NCBI GenBank assembly: GCA_964604015.1
Contig: CAZRXF010000004.1
Location: forward strand, 4,861 to 68,860
DNA: 64,000 nucleotides
Reading direction: 5' to 3'
DNA from: an uncultured Pseudomonadota bacterium
GTDB lineage: Bacteria > Babelota > Babeliae > Babelales > CAIQNR01
The notes under the pieces: model-generated
The model's input: the letters and a program-made list of their open reading frames with translations, nothing else
Told to the model about the DNA's origin: nothing
Databases searched by the model: none
Program-made: the position numbers and the translations under genes
In this document: piece after piece, positions 37,001-45,186 of the stretch
Position numbering within the stretch: position 1 is the stretch's first letter
Layout of the letters: each line of letters opens with the position of its first letter

Positions 37001-37402
37001 ATGAAAAAAGTGCAGCGGTTGATGGTAGCGATGCTGGTCTGTTCAAGTGTGAGTTATGCAAGTGGCGGCCAAAACCAAAATCATACTCGACATACAAGAA
37101 CGCGTTCTGTGGCGGGTGGATCACCCCTTGTAGCATTACAGGGCAAAGGAGATGACGGGGCGAGTTCTTCTGCTCAAGAAGGTGGTGATGCGGGTCTAGA
37201 CGAGTTATTACGGATGCGTCACCTGAGTGTGGGGGCACCGGGTGGTCCTGTGCGGCCAGGTGCAGCCAAGGGGGTTCGGCAAAAAAACTGGGCATTGTTG
37301 AGTGCCGCAGCGGAATCTTCCACCACAGGTGGGGGTGCCGGTTTTTCAGGCGCAGGTTCTGAACAGAAGGGCAGCAAAGACAGCAATGCTCCTGAGAACT
37401 GA
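37001..37402 (+). CDS. Hypothetical secreted Gly/Ser-rich protein
   Basis: The ATG at 37001 follows AAGGAAAAG and gives MKKVQRLMVAMLVCSSVSYASGG. Confidence 0.5.
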   Translation: MKKVQRLMVAMLVCSSVSYASGGQNQNHTRHTRTRSVAGGSPLVALQGKGDDGASSSAQEGGDAGLDELLRMRHLSVGAPGGPVRPGAAKGVRQKNWALLSAAAESSTTGGGAGFSGAGSEQKGSKDSNAPEN

Positions 37403-37438
37403 TGTATGTAGGTGGCAGTGATTTTACAAATGGCGGTA

Positions 37439-37470
37439 AAGAAGGGACTTGGTTTTGCAAGTCCCTTCTT
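37439..37470. terminator. Perfect 13-bp hairpin between convergent genes (candidate terminator)
   Basis: AAGAAGGGACTTG-GTTTTG-CAAGTCCCTTCTT, followed by CTTTT on the plus strand. Confidence 0.6.
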
Positions 37471-37487
37471 CTTTTAAATCGTGAGTT

Positions 37488-38639
37488 CTAACCCAAGAAC
37501 TTTTTAAAAAAGCTGACGATACTGCCTTCCCCACTCGCGCTATCTGTTCCAATGATGTCAGAGTATTCGGTCAGCAGTTTTTTTGCTTCAGGAGAAAGTT
37601 TTTTCGGTATTGCACATTTCGTTATGATAACCAGATTTCCTCGCACTTTGTTGCGCAAATTAGGAAACCCTTTACCGGCCACGATAATACGCTCACCAAC
37701 TTCACATCCCTTTGGTACTTTAACCGTTTCTTTGGTGCCATCGATGCTTTCAATTTCTACCTGTGATCCAAGAACCAGTTGCGGGTACGTTAACATCAGT
37801 GATGAGACTAAGTCGTTGTCTTCTCGTTGGAACTTTTTGTCTGGAGTTACCTTGATCTTCAAAAAAAGATCCCCTGATGGTCCGCCGTATACGCCCGCAT
37901 CACCTTTTTCTGCGATGCGAAGTTCGGCTCCATCGTAGATGCCAGCAGGAATGTTTACGCTAAATTTGTCGTATTTTTGAACGCGTGACTGGCCTTTGCA
38001 GGTTGCACATGGGTGTGGAATGGTATAACCGTTGCCTTGGCATGATGAACACGGTTGTGAGTAGGCAAAAAAGCCTTGCCTAAACTGCACCTGGCCTGCG
38101 CCATGACATGCCGCACATGTTTGTACCGTTGTTCCCGTCTTTAACCCTTTGCCAGAGCAATCATCGCATAAAAAGAAGTGGTAAAAGCTCACCTGCTCTT
38201 TTTTTCCTAAGAACGCATCTTTGAGAGAAACGGTGAGTTCTTTGTAAAGATCATGTCCTCGTTTAGGATCGGGGCCCGTTGCTCCCTTTTTACGCTTCTT
38301 GCTTCGTCCACCGAAAATGTCTTCAAACCCAGAACCGAAAATATCTCCAAAGTTTTCGAAGATATCGTTGATATCCATGCCGCCATGGCCACCAAATCCG
38401 CCCGTGTTCATATTTTCAAAGTTCGCATGACCTACCTGGTCATACTGCTGGCGTTTCGCGTCGTCAGAAAGAATCTCGTACGCGTGAGCAGCTTCCTTAA
38501 ATTTTTCTTCCGCTTCTTTGTTGTCAGGATTTTTGTCCGGATGATATTTGACTGCGAGTTTGCGGTAGGCAGCTTTAATTTCTTCTTTTGTAGCTGAACG
38601 GCTTACGCCCAATATTTCATAAAAATCTTTTTTGGTCAT
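37488..38639 (-). CDS. dnaJ: Chaperone DnaJ (type I, zinc-finger containing)
   Basis: J-domain DFYEILGV and KYHPDKN, a G/F-rich region, and four CxxCxGxG repeats ([32 protein letters not shown]). Confidence 0.95.
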   Translation of the reverse strand: MTKKDFYEILGVSRSATKEEIKAAYRKLAVKYHPDKNPDNKEAEEKFKEAAHAYEILSDDAKRQQYDQVGHANFENMNTGGFGGHGGMDINDIFENFGDIFGSGFEDIFGGRSKKRKKGATGPDPKRGHDLYKELTVSLKDAFLGKKEQVSFYHFFLCDDCSGKGLKTGTTVQTCAACHGAGQVQFRQGFFAYSQPCSSCQGNGYTIPHPCATCKGQSRVQKYDKFSVNIPAGIYDGAELRIAEKGDAGVYGGPSGDLFLKIKVTPDKKFQREDNDLVSSLMLTYPQLVLGSQVEIESIDGTKETVKVPKGCEVGERIIVAGKGFPNLRNKVRGNLVIITKCAIPKKLSPEAKKLLTEYSDIIGTDSASGEGSIVSFFKKFLG

Positions 38640-38691
38640 GGCTGTTTCGATGGGTTAAAAAGGGAGAATGGAACGGGATTAAGTATAGCAT

Positions 38692-39432
38692 AGTAGGGGT
38701 GTAGCGCCACCCCTTCCTGAAACCCTACTTTTTTTACTTTTATCTTTCTTTGATTCAAGACGCATGTACCCCACTACGCGTGGGGAGGCGCCAGGGGGTG
38801 CTTGTCCACTCCCTTGGAACCAGGACACAACCTTGCAGTTTGATCGCTTTTGACGGCTCCAATCCTCGTTGCGCCCTATCGGTCGACAACTCAGTTCCGC
38901 CTAATAAGGTGTTACCAATCTAGGAACTAAAACAGATTTTTGCTCTGCTGTTTAACCAGTCCAAGTATGAAAGCACTCTCGCTCATTGATCATATTCTTC
39001 TTAACGTCATCCCCAATGAGTGACAGTCGTAGCACTGCAAAAGTGCAGTGACTAGACAAAGCGAATGTCGGGGATCCAGTCAATTTAAAAAACTCTCTTC
39101 ATAGTCATTCCCAATGAATATATAAGGAATGTACCCAATTTTACTGGATCACCGACGCTCACTTTGCCTCGCTGGTGACGACGTCAAGGAGGGTGTGTGA
39201 TTGCTGGCAAGAGAAAACCTAATTCTGGAGTGACTGATAAAATGTAAGTACCCCATTAGGCGGAACTGAGTTGTCGACCGATAGGGCGCAGCGAGGATTG
39301 GAGCCGTCAAAAGCGATCAAACTGCAAGGTTGTGTCCTGGTTCCAAGGGGGTGGACAAGCACCCCCTGGCGCCTCCCCACGCGTAGTGGGGCACATACTT
39401 CTTGAACCAAAGAAAGATGAAAGTAAAAAAAG
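38692..39432. repeat. Intergenic hairpin-mosaic repeat element, copy 1: terminal hairpin, 178-bp inverted-repeat arms and a 349-bp unique core
   Basis: Arms 38728-38905 and 39255-39432 are reverse complements with about 7 mismatches by my manual count. Terminal hairpin GGGGTG-TAGCGC-CACCCC lies at 38696-38713. The arm sequence recurs at 59682-59830. Confidence 0.85.
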
Positions 39433-39458
39433 AAAAGTTGTTTAAAAAGAAGAGATGT

Positions 39459-40346
39459 TCAACCTAAAAGTTTCCGATAGCGTGTGCAGTCCGCTTGTGA
39501 GTGCTTAATTTCTCCACTGCGCTCAGGAGCAAAAAGTGGATCAAGAGGATAATCGAGCTCTTTTTTGAGGTCTTCAAAAAGCTTACGTATTGAACGACTG
39601 GTTCCGGTAGCGATATTGATTGGTTGGCCAGTGCACAAATCAGCAGGAAGTAGGCCTGCAGAAAGATTTGCCTGAACGATCTGATAGACGGGAACAAAGT
39701 CTCGTGTTTGCGTGCCATCACCAAAAATAGTGATCGGCTGTTGTTGCTTCATCCGTTCGGTGAACTTTGCAACAACACCTGAATATTCACTGTGTGGATG
39801 TTGACGAGGACCGTAGACGTTAAAATACCGTAAGCACAGCGTAGGCAGTTGAAATGTCTGAGTGTATTGCTGACACAGCTGCTCTCCAAATAGTTTTGAC
39901 CAGGCGTAAGGCGAAGCAGGGTGGCAGGTAGCTGTTTCTTCACACAGTTTTCCTTGATCACCATAGACGGCGCATGAGGAAGAAAAAACAAAGCGTTCTA
40001 TGTCATTTTTTCGGGCAGCCTCAAGCAGATTACATGTTCCGGTGACATTCGTTTCAAAGCAAAAACGTGGGTTTTCAACTGATTCTGGAACTGAAACTTG
40101 CGCTGCCAAATGGAAAACAGTTGAGGCTCCTTCAAGCGCACGTAGACACGTTGCGGCATCACGAATATCCCCCTCGAAAAAAGTAATTGCGTGGGCAATG
40201 GTAGAAAGATTTTCCTTGGTACCGGTACTCAGGTTATCAAGAACGGTAACCTGGGCGTTACGAGCAACCAATGCTTCAACAAGATGAGATCCAATAAATC
40301 CAGCACCTCCCGTAACAACTACTTTTTTGTTGGCATACTCATTCAT
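39459..40346 (-). CDS. NAD-dependent sugar-nucleotide epimerase/dehydratase (GalE-like SDR)
   Basis: VVVTGGAGFIGSHLVEAL Rossmann motif and YAWSKLFGE (YxxxK). ATGA-coupled to the upstream gene. Confidence 0.8.
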   Translation of the reverse strand: MNEYANKKVVVTGGAGFIGSHLVEALVARNAQVTVLDNLSTGTKENLSTIAHAITFFEGDIRDAATCLRALEGASTVFHLAAQVSVPESVENPRFCFETNVTGTCNLLEAARKNDIERFVFSSSCAVYGDQGKLCEETATCHPASPYAWSKLFGEQLCQQYTQTFQLPTLCLRYFNVYGPRQHPHSEYSGVVAKFTERMKQQQPITIFGDGTQTRDFVPVYQIVQANLSAGLLPADLCTGQPINIATGTSRSIRKLFEDLKKELDYPLDPLFAPERSGEIKHSQADCTRYRKLLG

Positions 40347-41695
40347 GGTTGTGCCTGATGTGAAAGGGGAGCGCGGGGTGTAGGTGAACCTTGACTAAGT
40401 TCAGTCACAAGCAGCTCAGCTATGCTTTTGCCGTCAAGAAGGCTTTCTTGCATGCTCGAATATTTCCATGCTCCGTAGCGGCCAATGGAGTGAATGTTGT
40501 GAGCAGCAAGTGTTTCATGAAGAGCTGGTAGGTTTTTTTCTCGCCAGAAATCAAAGATGACGTACGCGTGTGAAATATTCATCACTTTTTTAACGAGTAC
40601 TTCTTCGTCGCTGAACTGTAAAAGTTGCTGGATTTGCGTAATCGCTTCCCGAGTTAAAGTGCCAGGTGAAGTTTTAGGGGCATTAAGATAGGCAATTTCG
40701 CCATACAGCGAACTGCATCCGTGAGGAACCATGGAAGGAGAGAAGTTGTGATAGAACCCGAGTCGGTAGGGGATGAACTGCTTTTCTGGAAGGTAGATCC
40801 AATGCTTGTCAGAAAGATCAGAACGGTTAATGCCGAGATTAAAATTGATAACAGAATTGCATAAAAGTTTTTTATGAGCTTCAGCCAGAGTTGAAGATGA
40901 GGGTTCTTTCAAAAGTTTTAAGAACGTATCAAGAGGCAAGGTGTTGATCAGGGTGTCATACGATTCAAAATCACCATTGGTAAACGTAACGACCTTGTTC
41001 TTTGTATCCACTTGCTCAACGGTGTAGTCGGTTTTGATGGGTGTTTTAATGGCTTTTGCAAGCTTATCTACCCAAAAGTTGATGCCACCTTTTTTAGGAT
41101 AAAAAAAATTCGCATTGTAGCCGATTTCTTGTTCTTGAGGACTATTCAAACTTCCTTTCAAAATTGCTTGCAGTGAGGTGTCAGGAACAAATCGTCCCGT
41201 CCATGAAGCAGATATCTTTTTAATGTCGTAGGCAAAGATTTTTTCTTGGTAAGGAAGGAAGAAATATTTGGTGAGCCCTGCGCCGAATTTTTTCAAAGCC
41301 CAATCGTAAAAGGTTCGTGGATCCTTTTTGCCTTGAGGCCGATTTACAAAGCCTTCAATGCATTCGATGATGACATCAGAGGGCAATCCGTACAAATTTA
41401 CTTGGAAGGGAAAGGGAGTATACGTTTCGTGGGAATAAATAAAGGAGCGGCGACGAATGGGAGCGAGGTTTTCCATGCCCACCACATCACTTAAAAACTG
41501 CGTAAAATAGGGATCGTTTGAATGAAGCAAATGTCCCGTGTAATCGAAAGTAAAGCCTTGTTCTTCAACAGAACGACAAAGACCACCAGGTGTTGATTCT
41601 TTTTCAAAGATTTTAAAGTCAAAAAAACCTTGCTGTTCAAGATGATAGGCGGTTGAAAGGCCTGTGAGGCCTGCCCCCAAAATGACGATTCCCAT
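40343..41695 (-). CDS. FAD-dependent oxidoreductase, UDP-galactopyranose mutase-like
   Basis: The ATG at 41695 is preceded by AAGGAG. MGIVILGAGLTGLSTAYHL is a dinucleotide-binding motif, and the C-terminal IGRYGAWKYSSMQESLLDG resembles the GRxxxY[KR]Yxxm[DQ] end of Glf-type mutases. Confidence 0.5.
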   Translation of the reverse strand: MGIVILGAGLTGLSTAYHLEQQGFFDFKIFEKESTPGGLCRSVEEQGFTFDYTGHLLHSNDPYFTQFLSDVVGMENLAPIRRRSFIYSHETYTPFPFQVNLYGLPSDVIIECIEGFVNRPQGKKDPRTFYDWALKKFGAGLTKYFFLPYQEKIFAYDIKKISASWTGRFVPDTSLQAILKGSLNSPQEQEIGYNANFFYPKKGGINFWVDKLAKAIKTPIKTDYTVEQVDTKNKVVTFTNGDFESYDTLINTLPLDTFLKLLKEPSSSTLAEAHKKLLCNSVINFNLGINRSDLSDKHWIYLPEKQFIPYRLGFYHNFSPSMVPHGCSSLYGEIAYLNAPKTSPGTLTREAITQIQQLLQFSDEEVLVKKVMNISHAYVIFDFWREKNLPALHETLAAHNIHSIGRYGAWKYSSMQESLLDGKSIAELLVTELSQGSPTPRAPLSHQAQP

Positions 41696-41791
41696 ACACG
41701 CTCCTTTTTCAAAAGATAGCACCGATCTGCACGTGGTGCTCAGTAACTGCAAGAATGAGCATTTAGTTATAAGCAGAAAGTAGGGAATTGT

Positions 41792-42316
41792 CTATTGAGC
41801 GCCTTGTTTTTTAGCCGCTTGGAAAGCCTCTGGTAGTGAAGTAGTAATGAGGGAAAATGAGCCTTTTTTGAGAAGTTTTTCGATGTCCTTGTTGACTGTT
41901 AAAACGATGGAAAATTTTGTTGTTCCTTGCAAAGGAAAAGGAGAGGAAAGTGTGAACGTGAGGCATTGCGTGTGCTCGTCCCAGGTACTTGAGGCAATGT
42001 GGTTTTCATGAATGGGGTGGCGACCTTCGTTCAGTTTTTTAAACAACGTGCCTTTGATCTTGTGGGTTCTGATAGGTGGACCTTCCCATTGGAGCTTCAC
42101 TGTTTTTAAGAAAGCCTCGTCGGGTGTTTTTTTTGTGAAAGATAGCGTGGCATACGTTCTTTCATAAAAGCCGGGTTTACCAATTTTTTCATGCAATTTT
42201 TCTGAGTCAGGAAGCGCTTTGCTTTCTTTATCAGCCGTCAGGGAGTGTTCGTTATAGGTCGGGGCAAAAAGTGAAGTACAAAAGGCTACAAAACAGAGAA
42301 TAAGGCGCATGTGCAT
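41792..42316 (-). CDS. Hypothetical secreted protein
   Basis: The ATG at 42316 follows AAGGAG and gives the signal MHMRLILCFVAFCTSLFA. Confidence 0.6.
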   Translation of the reverse strand: MHMRLILCFVAFCTSLFAPTYNEHSLTADKESKALPDSEKLHEKIGKPGFYERTYATLSFTKKTPDEAFLKTVKLQWEGPPIRTHKIKGTLFKKLNEGRHPIHENHIASSTWDEHTQCLTFTLSSPFPLQGTTKFSIVLTVNKDIEKLLKKGSFSLITTSLPEAFQAAKKQGAQ

Positions 42317-42396
42317 ACAATCTCCTTTCCTGAACAAAGATACAGACAAGTTTTAGTGTAGCAAGATGATTCAGTCAGAAGAAAGCATGCATGTCG

Positions 42397-43506
42397 TTAC
42401 GGGTAGACACTTACCTCAAAACGGGCTGTTTTTTTACCCAAACGTTCTGAAAGAGGGGGAAAAGGAGCGGCGGTATAAATGTCATTGAGACAAAGGTTGT
42501 CAAACTCCTTGCATCCTGAAGAAACGACAAGGTCAACATCGATGACATTACCTTCAAGGTCGATGGTAATGCCGCAATGGAGAATGTACTGGATCTGATG
42601 CGTACGCACCCATTCTTGAATAAGGTGTTCTTTCCCTCGTCTGCTAAAACGTGCAGAAGCGTTTAGGTGGTTCAGGAAGGTTGACCAGAGTGTGTAATAC
42701 CGCATATCGCCTTCTTTGATGGTTATCTGATGTCCTGAGCCAAGATCATCGCCACCTTCAGTGCCAGCCTTCTTGGCGGAAGGAAGCCCGTCTTGAGCAA
42801 AGCTTGCGATGGTGTTTCGTGAATTTTTAAACAGGTCTGCCAACGTAAGTTTGTTTGCTTGCTCCGCCTTTTGTTTTTTTGGAGTGGTTGATTGCTTTTT
42901 TGAAATAGCAGGTACGGTAGATTCTTGGGCTTGTGTAGCGAGGGCAACCAACGAGGAGGGCGTAGGCTCTGAAAACGATTCTTGTTTTTCTGCTACTGCT
43001 TCTTGTTCCGGTTGTTTCTCAAACGTTGGAGTTGCTGGAACCTGTTCATGATGTTCTTCTTGAGGTCCTACTTCAACTTTGTCGCCTATCGTTTCTGACA
43101 CTACCGGCACGGTTCGTTCTGGTGCAATTGCATGAGCAGGTGGGGTAGGCAGCGATGTCGGCGTGTGTTCAAAGGCTGATTTTCCATCGGCATGACCTGA
43201 GACGGGAACCGGTTTATTCATCATCGCCTGATTGCCATAAAACACTACGGGCGCAGGAACAACAAAAGGTTGGTCAAGCGTCGCCTTTTTTGTCGGATCA
43301 TCTGATTTTTTTGTGGCCTGAGGTTGTGCAGGAGTGGTTGAACGGGAACGTTCTGGCTGTTTAGATGGTTGAGCCGGAAGAAAAAGAGGAGAGAGTTTTT
43401 TCTCGGTCAGTATCAGGAAAAGAAGGAGCAAAAGAAGAGCGTGGATGGTAAGGGATACAACGACCCCCGTGCTTTTTTTTGTCTGTTTGTGTTCGCGTGC
43501 AACCAT
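42397..43506 (-). CDS. TonB-like energy-transducer protein
   Basis: N-terminal anchor VVVSLTIHALLLLLLFLIL, a Pro/Glu/Gln-rich spacer, and a C-terminal TonB_C-like GNVIDVDLVVSSGCKEFDNLCLNDIYTAAPFPPL. Confidence 0.55.
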   Translation of the reverse strand: MVAREHKQTKKSTGVVVSLTIHALLLLLLFLILTEKKLSPLFLPAQPSKQPERSRSTTPAQPQATKKSDDPTKKATLDQPFVVPAPVVFYGNQAMMNKPVPVSGHADGKSAFEHTPTSLPTPPAHAIAPERTVPVVSETIGDKVEVGPQEEHHEQVPATPTFEKQPEQEAVAEKQESFSEPTPSSLVALATQAQESTVPAISKKQSTTPKKQKAEQANKLTLADLFKNSRNTIASFAQDGLPSAKKAGTEGGDDLGSGHQITIKEGDMRYYTLWSTFLNHLNASARFSRRGKEHLIQEWVRTHQIQYILHCGITIDLEGNVIDVDLVVSSGCKEFDNLCLNDIYTAAPFPPLSERLGKKTARFEVSVYP

Positions 43507-43608
43507 CCCAAGTTCCTTCTTTTTCCAATCTTTTTATAAAGAATACCCGAGAATCGGTGTTTCGGTAAATTTTTGAAGGGGGAGAGCCTCGCTCGCCCCC
43601 TCACTTTG

Positions 43609-44577
43609 TTAGCGTGTTTGTGCTGTGTGGCGGCCAGCTTTATGAGAGTTCTTTGGTGTTGCCTGTGGCTTCATGCTGCCTTTTTTTGAAACTACCACGG
43701 TAAAGAGGACTGATTTGTTTCCGTCTACATGTTTTGCAACGACGCAAAAGGTTCCGGAAGAAACGTGTTTATCAAGTGCAAGGCGATAATAATACGTGTC
43801 AGATGAATGACCTGGCATGTTGATGCCATCAGAAACATCTTTTCTAGTGAGCGTCGCAGGGATCTTTTTACCGTCGCAGGAATGAAGCATGTAATCAAAA
43901 ACTCTTTGTGGAGCAAACGTGCCATTGCTTGAGTGAAGTGGTGGCAGGCTCGGGTTTGTTGTATCGGTCAGAATGGTACCTGGCTTTAAGGTGTAATGGA
44001 CAGAATCCTTTTCCATTTGCTGCATATCCATAGGAACAAATTCTATTCGTTCTGGTCCATGAAAATGCCAATGCATCCGATTGTATTCCCACTGCAGGTT
44101 CCAGTACGTTCCCCACGCAAGAGAAGCCTTCGTTTCTGCCGTTTCAATAGCGTCTCGGTACATTCGGTCGTAAAAGACCTCTTTAAGCTCAAGTTCATGT
44201 TCTTTTCTGAAACGATCGAGTTTGCTTTGAAGTTGAAGAAGTTCTCGGTAGACGGGATATTTTCCTGCCAATCCCGCATCACGTTTTCTGTACAGAGCGT
44301 TGACTTGAGCCTCATCTGTTTGTGCAAGAGCATGTGCTTTTTGGACTTGTACAAGCGTCACTGACTCGTTATCAATAAGAAACGGTGTGTGGAGTGGTCC
44401 TCGTGGACGGGCTTGGATGCCGTGTTCTGGCGCATGGTGAGAAGCAAGATACATCAATCGCAACTGATCGATTTCTTGTTTTTTTACGTTTGGGTTCATT
44501 TCTTTTTTGGCCATCGCTGCTGTCTGGGCAAGTCCCAGCAGCATGAGTAGCCCGATGGGCGCTGTTTTTTTCTGCAT
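43609..44577 (-). CDS. Secreted protein, member A of a 3-gene paralog cluster (unknown function)
   Basis: Signal peptide, then QLRLMYLASHHAPEH, a helical hairpin, TILTDTTNPSLPPL, and a beta-like C-terminus YYYRLALDK...VAKHVDGNKSVLFTVVVSKK. Confidence 0.7.
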   Translation of the reverse strand: MQKKTAPIGLLMLLGLAQTAAMAKKEMNPNVKKQEIDQLRLMYLASHHAPEHGIQARPRGPLHTPFLIDNESVTLVQVQKAHALAQTDEAQVNALYRKRDAGLAGKYPVYRELLQLQSKLDRFRKEHELELKEVFYDRMYRDAIETAETKASLAWGTYWNLQWEYNRMHWHFHGPERIEFVPMDMQQMEKDSVHYTLKPGTILTDTTNPSLPPLHSSNGTFAPQRVFDYMLHSCDGKKIPATLTRKDVSDGINMPGHSSDTYYYRLALDKHVSSGTFCVVAKHVDGNKSVLFTVVVSKKGSMKPQATPKNSHKAGRHTAQTR

Positions 44578-44615
44578 ATGGTTTTCCTCTTTTGTGATGG
44601 GGTTTTTACCACCGG

Positions 44616-45176
44616 TTAGACAATTTTTAATTCGTCGTCAGTCAGCACAATGAGTTTTTCAGGATGACGTACTTTAAAAAGTTGTGCCTCCGCACTGTAG
44701 TTCCAGTAGGCGCTACTTGCCTCATACTGAGCCTTACGTATTTTTTCAGTGAGGTAGGTATTGGTATGCGCTGCTGAAAGTTCTTTGTGATATTTTTTTT
44801 CAAAGTGGGCTAGTTCCTGTTTCATCTCACGATATTTGCGATAGACCGAATGACGTTTTGCAAGATACTCATCTCGCTGAGCATTTAGCTTAAGAAGGTC
44901 TGCCTCTTTGTTGTGAAAGGTGTGCCATGCCCGTGTGACGTCCTTTTCTGTTACTGTCTCAGAAACGGGCAGATCGTCCCAGGTCAGGTCGATTACTGGC
45001 TCTTCAAAAAGTGGTACGAGGCTAGGGTTGGGATGGCTCCCGAGATACGCAAGGCGCATTTTTTCATGTTGTTCTGTTATGGTAGATGCTTTGGTCTGAT
45101 GAGGGCTTTTTTTTGCGTATCCATGACCGTGATGTGCAAGAAGATAGGCAACGGTGAGAATAACAGAGCGATTCAT
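44616..45176 (-). CDS. Secreted protein, member B (truncated form lacking the C-terminal domain)
   Basis: The ATG at 45176 follows AAGGA. Signal MNRSVILTVAYLLAHHGHG, then EKMRLAYLGSHPNPS and the same helical region. It ends before the C-terminal domain. Confidence 0.65.
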   Translation of the reverse strand: MNRSVILTVAYLLAHHGHGYAKKSPHQTKASTITEQHEKMRLAYLGSHPNPSLVPLFEEPVIDLTWDDLPVSETVTEKDVTRAWHTFHNKEADLLKLNAQRDEYLAKRHSVYRKYREMKQELAHFEKKYHKELSAAHTNTYLTEKIRKAQYEASSAYWNYSAEAQLFKVRHPEKLIVLTDDELKIV

Positions 45177-45186
45177 AGGGAGTTCC

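Noticed and set aside
36506-37460. Minus-strand ORFs 36506-36892 and 36951-37460
   Set aside because: They are antisense to the two signal-peptide ORFs and run through the convergent terminator hairpin, so they are unlikely to be real.
38940-39000. Possible CIRCE heat-shock operator or SRP-RNA-like motif (AAAGCACTC, CTGTTTAACCAG) upstream of dnaJ
   Set aside because: Only a half-site-like AGCACTC is present, with no GAGTGCTAA partner 9 nt away. The resemblance to the 4.5S RNA CUGUUUACCAGG region lacks the GGAA loop and the conserved symmetric loop.
39219-39410. 63-aa ORF in repeat copy 1, and ORFs 59451-59633, 59743-59937 and 59756-60001 in copy 2
   Set aside because: They lie inside the inverted-repeat arms. 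The homologous DNA is read in different frames and strands in the two copies, so no peptide is conserved.
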